This document shows positions 55,553 through 64,000 of a stretch of DNA of 64,000 nucleotides, in pieces. Source of the stretch: Aquabacterium sp. (GTDB taxonomy: Bacteria > Pseudomonadota > Gammaproteobacteria > Burkholderiales > Burkholderiaceae_C); assembly GCF_036279655.1 (NCBI RefSeq), contig NZ_DASUIT010000115.1, positions 10,214 through 74,213 on the forward strand, given 5' to 3'. The position numbers and the translations under genes are program-made. The notes under the pieces were generated by a model. That model saw only the letters and a program-made list of their open reading frames with translations, did no database searches and was not told the origin of the DNA. Each line of letters starts with the position of its first letter. Within the stretch, counting starts at the first letter, position 1.

Positions 55553-56647
55553 TCAGCGGCCTCCCGCAATGGCAGCGAGGGCGGCCAGGGTGTCGTCGGG
55601 GCGAGGGACCTGCGTCTGCGGGCTCTGGGTGGAGATGTCACCCAGCAGGCCCTGGATCAACTGGGTCTTGCGAGAGCGGGTGTCGAAATAGCGATCGATG
55701 GACTGACGGGCCGATTGCAGGTCCGCAGTGGCCGTGCCGGTTTGCCGACTCAGCAGGCCCAGCCGGGCATTGAGCAGGCGCAGCTTGAGGTTCTCGCGCA
55801 GGAAAAACGCCTGATCAGGCGCCAGCAGCATGGCATCGGGCTTGTCGATGCGGGTCACGCGGATCAGCCCTTGTGCCTCCTGCCAGACCACCCTGGAAGC
55901 CTGTTGCCCCCAGTGCAGGAGCCGATCCGACCACGGCGCAGAAGCCGTGGTGGCCGCAGCGGCAGAGGCGCCGGGTGTCGATTTTCCGGCGCTCGCAGGG
56001 GCGGGTGTTCGGGTGCTGACGGGTGCCTGGAGCAGGGGCAGTTCATCGACCAGGCGGATGGCCTCATCCAGGCGGATGGCCAGGGTCGGCAGGTCGGCCA
56101 CCCGCGTGGCCTTGAGCCGGTCCAGATCCTTGGCCACGGCTCGACGCACGGGGTCCAGGCGGGGTTGCTGGGTGCGGGCCAGGCGTTCGTCGGCGGTCTG
56201 CAAGGCCGACACCAGGGGTTCTGCGCTGCCCGACAGGCTGGCCTGCTGCATGGCCACGCGCAGGGCGGCTTCGATGTCGACCACGAGGTTCTCGTCGCGC
56301 GAGCGGCTCATGGACTTGATGAGGTCCTCGACCTGCGAGCGCTGCAGGGCGACCTCGGCCAGGCGGGTGTCCAGCAGGGCAGCGCGGGCTGCGGCATCAC
56401 GCGCCGTGTCCTGGGCTTGTCTGGCCAGCAAGCGGGCTTCCTGTGCCTGACTCTGGCTGTCCTGCTGGCGCTTGACCAGTTCGGACTCCAACTGGGTCAC
56501 ACGCTGCTGGGCACTCCAGGACAACCAGACGCCTGCCGCTGCCACGGCGGCCACCGCCAGCCAGGACCAACGAGACCAGAGCGGTCGTGCTGCCACGGGC
56601 GTCAGGGCGGGAGAAGAGGTGGGGGCGAGTGCGGTGGTGTCGGTCAC
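55553..56647 (-). CDS. hemX: HemX-family protein
   Basis: Transmembrane segment, coiled coil, LLAPDQAFFLRENLKLRLLNARL; in the hemCDXY cluster. Confidence 0.85.
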   Translation of the reverse strand: MTDTTALAPTSSPALTPVAARPLWSRWSWLAVAAVAAAGVWLSWSAQQRVTQLESELVKRQQDSQSQAQEARLLARQAQDTARDAAARAALLDTRLAEVALQRSQVEDLIKSMSRSRDENLVVDIEAALRVAMQQASLSGSAEPLVSALQTADERLARTQQPRLDPVRRAVAKDLDRLKATRVADLPTLAIRLDEAIRLVDELPLLQAPVSTRTPAPASAGKSTPGASAAAATTASAPWSDRLLHWGQQASRVVWQEAQGLIRVTRIDKPDAMLLAPDQAFFLRENLKLRLLNARLGLLSRQTGTATADLQSARQSIDRYFDTRSRKTQLIQGLLGDISTQSPQTQVPRPDDTLAALAAIAGGR

Positions 56648-56697
56648 AGTGAAAACATTGTATCGACGGGGGCCGCCAGCGGACAGGAGATCCGGGC

Positions 56698-57489
56698 TCA
56701 GTCTGGGGACGACGACAGGCTCCGTCGTGCCAGCGCCACTGCCTCGGGGCGAGGTGTCACCACGGAGACATGATCAAAGCCGGCCTGGCGGGCGCGATCG
56801 GCCACGCGCGGATGGGTGGCCAGCGCCTGGGCGCCGGGGGGCGGGGTGCCCAGGTGGCTTTCCAGGTGGTCCACGGCTTCGGAGCTGCTCAGCAGCCAGG
56901 CATGCGCTGCGGGGTCGGCGTAGGCCTGTCGCCCCAAAGCCGCCTGCGCGTGGGTCCACTGAGAGATCTGGCGCTGGTAGGTCAGCACGGCATGGACGCG
57001 CGCGCCCGCCTGACGGAGTTGCTCGGACAGCCAGGCGCGACCCCGCGCGTCACTCTGGTCCCCGCCGCTGATCACCAGGATCTCCTGGTCTTGCCAGTCC
57101 AGGCGGGCCAGCACGGGCCAGAGGTGCTCCGAATCGAACTGGGCGCTGTCCTCCGGCGGGCAGAGCAGTTGTTGCGGACGCAGGCCACTGTCGGCCAGCA
57201 ACTGGCGCAGGGTTTGGGCCGTCCCCGGCCCCGGCGCGGCGGCCAGGGTCTGCTCAGGCCAGTCGCAGTCCGCCGGGCGCAGGCGGCTGAACCAGGCGAC
57301 GGCATTGGGGCTCACAAACATCACCAGCCGGATGCCGGGCAGCGTGCGCCAAGCCGCCTGCACCGCCAGGGTGTCGGCCGGCGGGCCGATGTCGATCAGG
57401 GGCAGGGCGGCGGCCGGGGCCCCCAGGGCCGAGAGTTCGGCCGCCCACTGGCTGGCCTGTGGCTCGGGTCGGGTGACCAGGATCAGCAT
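56698..57489 (-). CDS. hemD: Uroporphyrinogen-III synthase
   Basis: [34 protein letters not shown]. Confidence 0.92.
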   Translation of the reverse strand: MLILVTRPEPQASQWAAELSALGAPAAALPLIDIGPPADTLAVQAAWRTLPGIRLVMFVSPNAVAWFSRLRPADCDWPEQTLAAAPGPGTAQTLRQLLADSGLRPQQLLCPPEDSAQFDSEHLWPVLARLDWQDQEILVISGGDQSDARGRAWLSEQLRQAGARVHAVLTYQRQISQWTHAQAALGRQAYADPAAHAWLLSSSEAVDHLESHLGTPPPGAQALATHPRVADRARQAGFDHVSVVTPRPEAVALARRSLSSSPD

Positions 57490-58415
57490 GCCTCGGCCAG
57501 CCAGTCCCGGGCGCCTGCATCGATCAGTTGTTGCGCGGCTTGCAGGCCCAGGGCATCGGCCGAGCGTGCATCGGTGGGCACGCCCCGCACTTGCGTCTGC
57601 AGCAGGCCGGGGCGTTGTGCATGCCCCAGCAGGGCGTCGACCACCAGGGTGTCTCCCTCGAACGTGGCGTGGGCGGCCAGCGGCATGGAGCAACTGCCGC
57701 CCAGGGCACGCGAGACCGCCCGTTCGGCCAGGGTGGCCCACAGCGTGGGCCGGTGATTGAGGGCCTGCAGGGCCGCATGCAGATCGGGTTGATCGGCGCG
57801 GATCTCCAGCCCCAGGGCGCCCTGGCCTGCTGCGGGCAGCATGGTGCGGGTGTCGATGACCTGACGGATGCGCTGGGCCAGGTCCAGGCGCTTGAGGCCA
57901 GCGGCGGCCAGCACGATGGCGTCGTACAGACCCTCGTCAAGCTTGCGCAGGCGGGTGTCGAGGTTGCCGCGCAGAGGCTCGATGCGCAGGTCCGGGCGCT
58001 GGGCCTGGAGTTGCACCATGCGGCGCAGGCTGGAGGTGCCCACCACGGCGCCCTGAGGCAGTTCGCTCAGGGAGGCGTAGTGGTTGGAGACCAGGGCATC
58101 ACGGGGGTCTTCGCGCTCCATGACAGCCGAGAGGATGAAACCTTCGGGCAACTCCATGGGCACGTCCTTGAGAGAGTGCACGGCCAGATGGGCACGACCT
58201 TCTTCCAGGGCGACTTCGAGCTCCTTGACGAACAGGCCCTTGCCGCCGACCTTGGACAAGGCGCGGTCCAGGATCTGATCGCCCTTGGTGGTCATGCCCA
58301 ACAGGGTGACGGGGCGTTGGGTCAGCGCATGCAGCAGGTCGCGCACATGCTCGGCTTGCCACAGAGCCAGACGGCTTTCTCGGGTGGCGATGATCCAGGG
58401 CGTAGGAGATTGCAT
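57483..58415 (-). CDS. hemC: Porphobilinogen deaminase
   Basis: [48 protein letters not shown]. Confidence 0.97.
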   Translation of the reverse strand: MQSPTPWIIATRESRLALWQAEHVRDLLHALTQRPVTLLGMTTKGDQILDRALSKVGGKGLFVKELEVALEEGRAHLAVHSLKDVPMELPEGFILSAVMEREDPRDALVSNHYASLSELPQGAVVGTSSLRRMVQLQAQRPDLRIEPLRGNLDTRLRKLDEGLYDAIVLAAAGLKRLDLAQRIRQVIDTRTMLPAAGQGALGLEIRADQPDLHAALQALNHRPTLWATLAERAVSRALGGSCSMPLAAHATFEGDTLVVDALLGHAQRPGLLQTQVRGVPTDARSADALGLQAAQQLIDAGARDWLAEAC

Positions 58416-58452
58416 GCGCCGATGCTACCAGCGGACAAGCCCGAGCCGCAGC

Positions 58453-59172
58453 TCAGGTCGTCAGTGCAGCACGGCGTTTTTGCGTTTGATTGATGTAATG
58501 CTGGAGCGCGCGCTCGTCTTCACCCTGCAGGCCCACCATCTCGCAACCCAGTCGGGCCCCGTGGGATTCCGGCTGCAGCACGGTGATGTGGTGGACGACG
58601 AGATCGACCGTCAACTGCGTCTCCTCGTCCAGAGCGAGCTGGCAGTGCCTGAGGGTGACACCCGCTGGCAGCATGGGCACCTTGGGTGGGAGTGACAAGG
58701 CCACGCCCCCCAGGCTGATGTCCAGGATGCGCAGGGCCAGCGTCTGATCGGGTTGGGTGGGGGGGGTGATGTGGGCCGTGGGCGCGTGACTCACCAGGGG
58801 CTTGACCCGGAAGAAGGAGCGCCGCTGGAAGCGAAACAGCTGCCGCGGGTAACGGGCATTGAGCGCGGTGTCGGCGCCGCGCACCTTCACCACATCGTCC
58901 AGCTCGAACTGCACCTTGATGCTGTCGAGGTAAGCCACCGCCACGATCTCGTTGGTGGCCAGCAACTGGTTGAGCCGGGGGTCGTTGTCGTCGGCATTGA
59001 AGCAGATGACCCCGCGCGCCGCATCGGTGCTCCACAGCATTGTGGTGTAGCTGGCGCCGCCAGGGCCACTGAGGGTGACCATGGCCCGTCCATCGATGAT
59101 GCGCTGCAGGATGGACTGGATCTCGATGGGGGACGAGATCCGGTAGTCATCCAGGCTGTTGTCGGCGCTCAT
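58453..59172 (-). CDS. ycgR: Flagellar brake protein YcgR (PilZ, c-di-GMP receptor)
   Basis: FQRRSFFR (RxxxR) and DISLGG (DxSxxG) PilZ motifs. Confidence 0.9.
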   Translation of the reverse strand: MSADNSLDDYRISSPIEIQSILQRIIDGRAMVTLSGPGGASYTTMLWSTDAARGVICFNADDNDPRLNQLLATNEIVAVAYLDSIKVQFELDDVVKVRGADTALNARYPRQLFRFQRRSFFRVKPLVSHAPTAHITPPTQPDQTLALRILDISLGGVALSLPPKVPMLPAGVTLRHCQLALDEETQLTVDLVVHHITVLQPESHGARLGCEMVGLQGEDERALQHYINQTQKRRAALTT

Positions 59173-59183
59173 GGCTCGGCCAG

Positions 59184-59528
59184 TCAGTGCAGATGTTCAC
59201 CATCCGGGTGACCGGTCATGCGGCTGAGGTCATTGATCCAGGGCTCGGCGAGGTTGCGGATCTCGGCATCGTTGCGCAGGATGCGCTGCATGATGCGGCT
59301 TTTGAGGGTGACCTCTTCCGAGTGCAGGGGGCGCTCGGAGGCCGCATGCTTGAGCTGGGCGATCAGCACGGCGCAGGCGCCTTCGAGCCGCACCACCGTG
59401 TCCCAGTCACCCGAGCGGGCGGCGTCGAGCATGTCCTGGCTGGCTTGTTCAATGGCTTCGTAGTAGCCCAGCAGGCCACGGGTCTGCACATCTTCTTCAG
59501 GAGCCATCATGAGTTCGGGCGCGTTCAT
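59184..59528 (-). CDS. fliT: Flagellar chaperone FliT
   Basis: YEAIEQASQDML.AAR..DWD, ILRNDAEIRNLAEPW. Confidence 0.88.
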   Translation of the reverse strand: MNAPELMMAPEEDVQTRGLLGYYEAIEQASQDMLDAARSGDWDTVVRLEGACAVLIAQLKHAASERPLHSEEVTLKSRIMQRILRNDAEIRNLAEPWINDLSRMTGHPDGEHLH

Positions 59529-59983
59529 GCTGTGGCCTCCTTCTGGGCATTCGGGTTGCCGCTCTGGGGGGCAATGGCCATCCAGGCTTCGCGGATCTGA
59601 TTCATGAGGTTGCAGCATTCGTCCAGTGCGGTCTCATCGTTCTTGAGATTGGCCTGGGTCAGGCGCATGGTGATGTAGGCGTACAGGTCGCGCAGATTGC
59701 TCGACAACTCGCCACCGCGCTGCATGTCGAGGCTGGCCTTGAGGCCCTCGTCGATGATGCGCACGGCGCGGGACAATTCCTTGCCTTTGATCTCGATGTC
59801 CTTGGCACGCATGGCGCCACGGGCCTTGGCCACCGCGTCGAAGAAACCTTCGATGAGCAGCTTGACGAGTTCGTGGGGCGAGGCGTTGGACACGCTGGTC
59901 TGAACACCCACCTGGTGGTACGCCGACAAGGCTCGGGCACCAATCGGGATGGGGCGGGAGAAGGGGCTGGCTGGTGCGTACAT
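59525..59983 (-). CDS. fliS: Flagellin chaperone FliS
   Basis: ASPHELVKLL, KGKELSRA, GGELSSNLRDLY, IREAW. The upstream sigma-28 site argues against the track start at 60064. Confidence 0.93.
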   Translation of the reverse strand: MYAPASPFSRPIPIGARALSAYHQVGVQTSVSNASPHELVKLLIEGFFDAVAKARGAMRAKDIEIKGKELSRAVRIIDEGLKASLDMQRGGELSSNLRDLYAYITMRLTQANLKNDETALDECCNLMNQIREAWMAIAPQSGNPNAQKEATA

Positions 59984-60017
59984 CTCGTTGCTCGACTGTG
60001 GCATGTTGATATTCCAG

Positions 60018-60044
60018 TTATCGACCATTTGTGTGTGGGCTTGA
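60018..60044 (-). promoter_or_regulatory. Sigma-28 promoter of fliS-fliT-ycgR
   Basis: TCAA-N15-GTCGATAA. Confidence 0.75.
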
Positions 60045-60096
60045 CCCGATCCCAGTGTGAACAACGGTTAAAACTGCACCGTGTTTGCCCGACCTG

Positions 60097-61536
60097 TCAC
60101 GAACTGGATTTGTTGAGTGCGCTCAGTTGGGCCGTCACATAGGACGACAGGCTGTTGAGCTTGGCCATGGACTGGTCCAGCGCGGTGTACTGGGCCCGCA
60201 GGCGGTTCTCGATGAGGCTGCTGCGGGTTTCCAGGCGCTCGATCTTGTCCTCGTTGCGCTTGATCGATCCCTTGATGCCTTCGGTGCGCGAGCTGATGCT
60301 GCCCTCGGAGTCACTGACCTGGGAGGCCAGTTTCCGGAAGCGCTCGGCCAGACCCTCGCGGCTCGGGTTGGCCTCGTCGGAGGTGGCAAAGAAGGCCTTG
60401 AGCTCAGGGAGTTTGCCCATGGCCGTGTCGAGCTTGGCGTTGTCTACCGACAAGGTACCGTCCTTGGCGGCGGTCAGGCCGATGTCCGTCAATCGGGAGA
60501 AGAGGCTGGACCCCGAGCTGGAGCTGTAGGCCATGGACCGCAGTTGGCCCAGCAGGCCCGTGGCCGTGCTGTCGCCCTGGAGCGGTCCCGCGGTCTTGCT
60601 GCCTTCGTCGTACAGGGTCTGGACGCGGATGAGCCCCACGACATCGTTGTAGGCGCTGCGGAAGGCCTCGATGCCTTTGCGGATGCTTTCATTGTCCTGT
60701 TTGACATTGACCTCGACCGGCTCCGTGGTGACCTTGCCGACCTGGATGGTCAGGCCATCGATCACGTCACTGAAGGTGTTGGTGCTGGAGGTGACCGGCA
60801 CACCGTTGATGGTGGCCTTGGCATCGGTGGCCGCCTGCGTCTCACTCATGGCGGTGATGTCGCTGGAGGGATCGTAAGCCAGGGCCGACAGACCGGGGGT
60901 GGCGCCTTCGGTCACGCTGATCTTCATGGCGTTGTCCGAACCGGGCGCGCCGCGCAGCACCAGTCGTGCTCCCGTGGCGTCATAGACCAGGGAGGCGGTC
61001 ACGCCCGCATTGGCGGCGTTGATCTTGTCGCGGATCTTTTCCAGTGTGTTGTCGCCGGGACCGATGTCGATGTCCACCGCCGACGCGGCGGCCTTGGCGG
61101 CAAACGTGGCGGCTGGCGGTGCGACGGGATTGGCGGTGAAGGTGCCCAGCTCGATCCGGATCGTGCCGTCGCCGACCACGGCATCCTTGGCCGAGAACGA
61201 CGAAGAGGCCAGGTACTGAGACTTGGCCAACTGGTTCACCTGGATGCTGTAGTTGCCTGACGCCGTGCTGCTGGTGGTGCTCACGGAGACCGACTTGTCG
61301 TCGCTGGATGTCGCCGAGGTGGCCGACCAGAAGCTGTCCTTGGTCAGGGCAGCAGAGGCGTCCTTCAATGCGGAAAAACTGCTCTGGATCCGACCCCAGG
61401 TCGACAGCTTTGTCTCGAGCTTGGTGTTTTCCGCTTCGACTTTGGTGATGGGCACCTTTTCGGCGGCCATCAACTGCGTGATGATGTTTTCGGCGTCGAT
61501 GTTGCTGCCGAGACCGAGTGAACTGATGGAGGCCAT
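60097..61536 (-). CDS. fliD: Flagellar cap protein FliD
   Basis: MASISSLGLGS, QVNQLAKSQ, GPLQGDS, LRAQYTALD. Confidence 0.94.
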   Translation of the reverse strand: MASISSLGLGSNIDAENIITQLMAAEKVPITKVEAENTKLETKLSTWGRIQSSFSALKDASAALTKDSFWSATSATSSDDKSVSVSTTSSTASGNYSIQVNQLAKSQYLASSSFSAKDAVVGDGTIRIELGTFTANPVAPPAATFAAKAAASAVDIDIGPGDNTLEKIRDKINAANAGVTASLVYDATGARLVLRGAPGSDNAMKISVTEGATPGLSALAYDPSSDITAMSETQAATDAKATINGVPVTSSTNTFSDVIDGLTIQVGKVTTEPVEVNVKQDNESIRKGIEAFRSAYNDVVGLIRVQTLYDEGSKTAGPLQGDSTATGLLGQLRSMAYSSSSGSSLFSRLTDIGLTAAKDGTLSVDNAKLDTAMGKLPELKAFFATSDEANPSREGLAERFRKLASQVSDSEGSISSRTEGIKGSIKRNEDKIERLETRSSLIENRLRAQYTALDQSMAKLNSLSSYVTAQLSALNKSSS

Positions 61537-61599
61537 GATGCTTCCTCTCAAGAATGCATGGATGTCCGGGTGCTAGGAACAGACACCCGGACAAAGTGG

Positions 61600-61626
61600 G
61601 AATCGGCGCATTGGCAGAAAACTTGA
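61600..61626 (-). promoter_or_regulatory. Sigma-28 promoter of fliD
   Basis: TCAAGTTT-N11-GCCGATTC versus consensus TAAAGTTT-N11-GCCGATAA. Confidence 0.8.
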
Positions 61627-61656
61627 GAAGGATTAAGCGTAAACAGATGCTACAGA

Positions 61657-62625
61657 TCAGCCTTTCAGCAGGGTAAGTACCTGCTGAGGCAACTGATTGG
61701 CCTGCGACACCATGGCCGTGCCGGCCTGTTGCAGGATCTGGGAGCGCGACAAATTGGCGGTTTCAGCCGCGAAGTCGGCATCCATGATCCGGCCGCGGGC
61801 GGCAGACTGGTTTTCGGTGTTGGTCTGCAGATTCGAGATCACGGCCTCGAAGCGGTTCTGCGCCGCACCGAAGTTGGCCCGGGTGTCGTTGACGCGGTTG
61901 AGTGCTTCGTCGATCACATTGACGGCGGCGTCGATGTCGGTGCCGTCGATGGCAGTGGTGCCGTCGTCTCGGAAACCGCCGATGGCGATGCCGTTGGCAC
62001 CATTCGTGGCGTCCGCAAATCCCAGGATCACGGTCTGCAGCACGACGTTGTCGGCCAGCGCAGAGCGGACGGCAGGATCGGGGTCGGTGACACCGGCTTT
62101 GTTGCCATCTGCGGCGCCGGTGCCATACAGGTCCACCTCGGCCACGGTGATGCGGTCATCCAGTGTGGTGCCCGCGCCGACCTGGAAGTCCAGATCCGCG
62201 CCAGTGCCGTCGAACAGCTTCTGCCCGTTGAAGGACGTGCCATTGATCGTGCGGCCGATTTCAGATTGCAGCGCCAGGAATTCCTTTTGCAAGTTGGCCC
62301 GGTCGCCTTGACTGTTGGTGGCGTTGCGCGACTGGATGGCCAGTTCACGCATGCGCTGCAGGTTGTCGCCGATCTTGCCCAGCGCGCCTTCGGCGGTCTG
62401 TGCCAGGGAGATGGCGTCATTCGCGTTTCGGATCGCGACATTCATGCCCCGGATCTGCGAGTTCATCCGCTCGGCGATGGCCAGACCGGCAGCATCATCC
62501 TTGGCGGAGTTGACCCGCAGGCCCGACGACAGGCGCTGCATGGAGGTGGCCAGCGAGGTCTGAGACGTGTTCAGATTTCGCTGCGCGTTCATCGAGACGA
62601 TGTTCGTGTTGATCGTTTGGGGCAT
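61657..62625 (-). CDS. fliC: Flagellin (downstream paralogue)
   Basis: RLSSGLRVNSAKDDAAG, LQRMRELA, RIMDADFA, ILQQAG. Confidence 0.97.
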   Translation of the reverse strand: MPQTINTNIVSMNAQRNLNTSQTSLATSMQRLSSGLRVNSAKDDAAGLAIAERMNSQIRGMNVAIRNANDAISLAQTAEGALGKIGDNLQRMRELAIQSRNATNSQGDRANLQKEFLALQSEIGRTINGTSFNGQKLFDGTGADLDFQVGAGTTLDDRITVAEVDLYGTGAADGNKAGVTDPDPAVRSALADNVVLQTVILGFADATNGANGIAIGGFRDDGTTAIDGTDIDAAVNVIDEALNRVNDTRANFGAAQNRFEAVISNLQTNTENQSAARGRIMDADFAAETANLSRSQILQQAGTAMVSQANQLPQQVLTLLKG

Positions 62626-62781
62626 GGTGCACTCCTAAGGGATTCATGACTTCCGACCTCAGGGTCGGCCTGCTAAGTGCAGGCCAAAGTCGCCATGAAA
62701 TGTTGCTTCGACCTGTCGCACCAAGTATTTCGCCGAACAGGTGAGCGCAATCGCGGGATGTGCGGGTGAAATGCCCCTCAG

Positions 62782-62823
62782 AAAAAAACAAAAGACCACA
62801 GCCCGGTCAGCCGGGCGGCGGTC
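62782..62823 (-). terminator. Intrinsic terminator between the two flagellin genes
   Basis: GACC..GCCCGG-ctga-CCGGGC..GGTC followed by TTTTGTTTTTTT. Confidence 0.75.
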
Positions 62824-62892
62824 TTGTCGAGGTGCCCTGACGGGCTGTTTGCCCACCCGCCTCCTCGGGGGAGGGGCGGGTGTCTGCGTCGA

Positions 62893-63855
62893 TCAACGCA
62901 GCAGGGACAGCACTTGCTGGGGCAGCTGGTTGGCCTGGGCGATCATCGCAGTGCCAGCCTGTTGCAGGATCTGCGAGCGCGAGAGGTTGGAGGTCTCGGT
63001 CGCGAAGTCCGCATCCATGATCCGGCCACGGGCGGCAGACTGGTTTTCGATGTTGGTCTGCAGGTTGCTGATCACGGCATCGAAGCGGTTCTGGGCAGCA
63101 CCGTAGTCGGCGCGCTTGTCGTTGACGATGGTGATGGCCTTGTCGATCACGTTGATGGCGTCATCGATGTCGGTGATGGCCGCATCCGCGCCCGTGCTGT
63201 CCACACCGCCGATACCGATACCGGTGGCGCCGGTGGCCCAGTCGGTGTCCACCACCGAGGCCATGATGTCGGAGATGGCTGTGGCGCGGCCGGCGTCATC
63301 GGTGGCGTTGTCGTAGGCATCGATCACGGTCTGGGCCGCACCGGTGGTGCCGCCGTTGAGGGTGACGCCATCGATGGTGATCTTGTCTTCAGTGCTGGTG
63401 CCTGCGCCCACCTGGAAGGCCAGGTCGGTGCCTTCACCGTTGAACAGGCCCTTGCCGTTGAACTTGGTGCCTTCGACCGTGCGGTTGATTTCTTCCTGCA
63501 GTTGCAGGAATTCCTTTTGCAGGTTGGCGCGGTCGCCCGTGCTGTTGGTGGCGTTGCGGGACTGGACAGCCAGTTCACGCATGCGTTGCAGGTTGTCGCC
63601 AATCTTGCCCAGGGCACCTTCTGCGGTTTGAGCCAGGGAGATGGCGTCGTTGGCGTTGCGCACGGCGACGTTCATGCCGCGCACTTGAGAGCTCATGCGC
63701 TCGGCGATGGCCAGACCGGCGGCGTCGTCTTTGGCGGAGTTCACACGCAGACCCGAGGACAGGCGTTGCATGGAGGTGGCCAGCGAGCCCTGCGAGGCAT
63801 TGAGGTTGCGCTGAGCGTTGAGCGAAACGATGTTGGTGTTGACAGACTGCGCCAT
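62893..63855 (-). CDS. fliC: Flagellin (upstream paralogue)
   Basis: Same conserved N- and C-terminal motifs; different central region. Confidence 0.97.
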   Translation of the reverse strand: MAQSVNTNIVSLNAQRNLNASQGSLATSMQRLSSGLRVNSAKDDAAGLAIAERMSSQVRGMNVAVRNANDAISLAQTAEGALGKIGDNLQRMRELAVQSRNATNSTGDRANLQKEFLQLQEEINRTVEGTKFNGKGLFNGEGTDLAFQVGAGTSTEDKITIDGVTLNGGTTGAAQTVIDAYDNATDDAGRATAISDIMASVVDTDWATGATGIGIGGVDSTGADAAITDIDDAINVIDKAITIVNDKRADYGAAQNRFDAVISNLQTNIENQSAARGRIMDADFATETSNLSRSQILQQAGTAMIAQANQLPQQVLSLLR

Positions 63856-64000
63856 GGTGCGCTCCTTTGATGACTAAAAAACTTCCCGGCAATAGCGCCG
63901 ACTTGAACGGGTGCACTGGTAAAACCATTGCCACGTAGCCTGCCCGACGCTAGACAATCGATGGGCCCTTGGAGGTGAACCTTTGGGAGGCCTATCGCCG

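Noticed and set aside
62690-62760. Sigma-28 promoter for the downstream flagellin
   Set aside because: The best match (GAAA-N15-GTCGAAGC) is too weak to list as a feature.

Overview
GC-rich chromosomal segment of a Burkholderiales-type betaproteobacterium (taxon inferred from gene content). It is mostly core genes: ntrY/DUF4390/rsmB, ptsI, uup, gshB-benE-kup-gshA, amtB-glnK, comM, the gyrA-serC-pheA-tyrA-aroA/cmk-rpsA-ihfB-lapAB superoperon, ompA, hemW-rdgB-PP2C-Ser/Thr kinase, yicC-gmk-rpoZ-spoT, greB, two tRNA-Arg(ACG), hemCDXY and ycgR-fliT-fliS-fliD with two flagellins. No CRISPR array, transposase, integrase or phage gene was seen. The most unusual feature is non-coding. The amtB-gshA intergenic region holds two inverted copies of a ~275-nt element whose stems differ in sequence between copies but keep their pairing, which marks a structured RNA or ssDNA element. 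Other items of interest are an apparent lipid-scavenging gene block (ceramidase-like protein, LaoAB-like oxidase pair, FadD, Streptomyces-type cholesterol oxidase), four phased Pho-box half-sites upstream of an OlsB-like acyltransferase, an HTH regulator with a pseudo-receiver domain, and a 76-nt four-way junction upstream of rpsA. All calls come from motif recognition by eye; no database searches were run.
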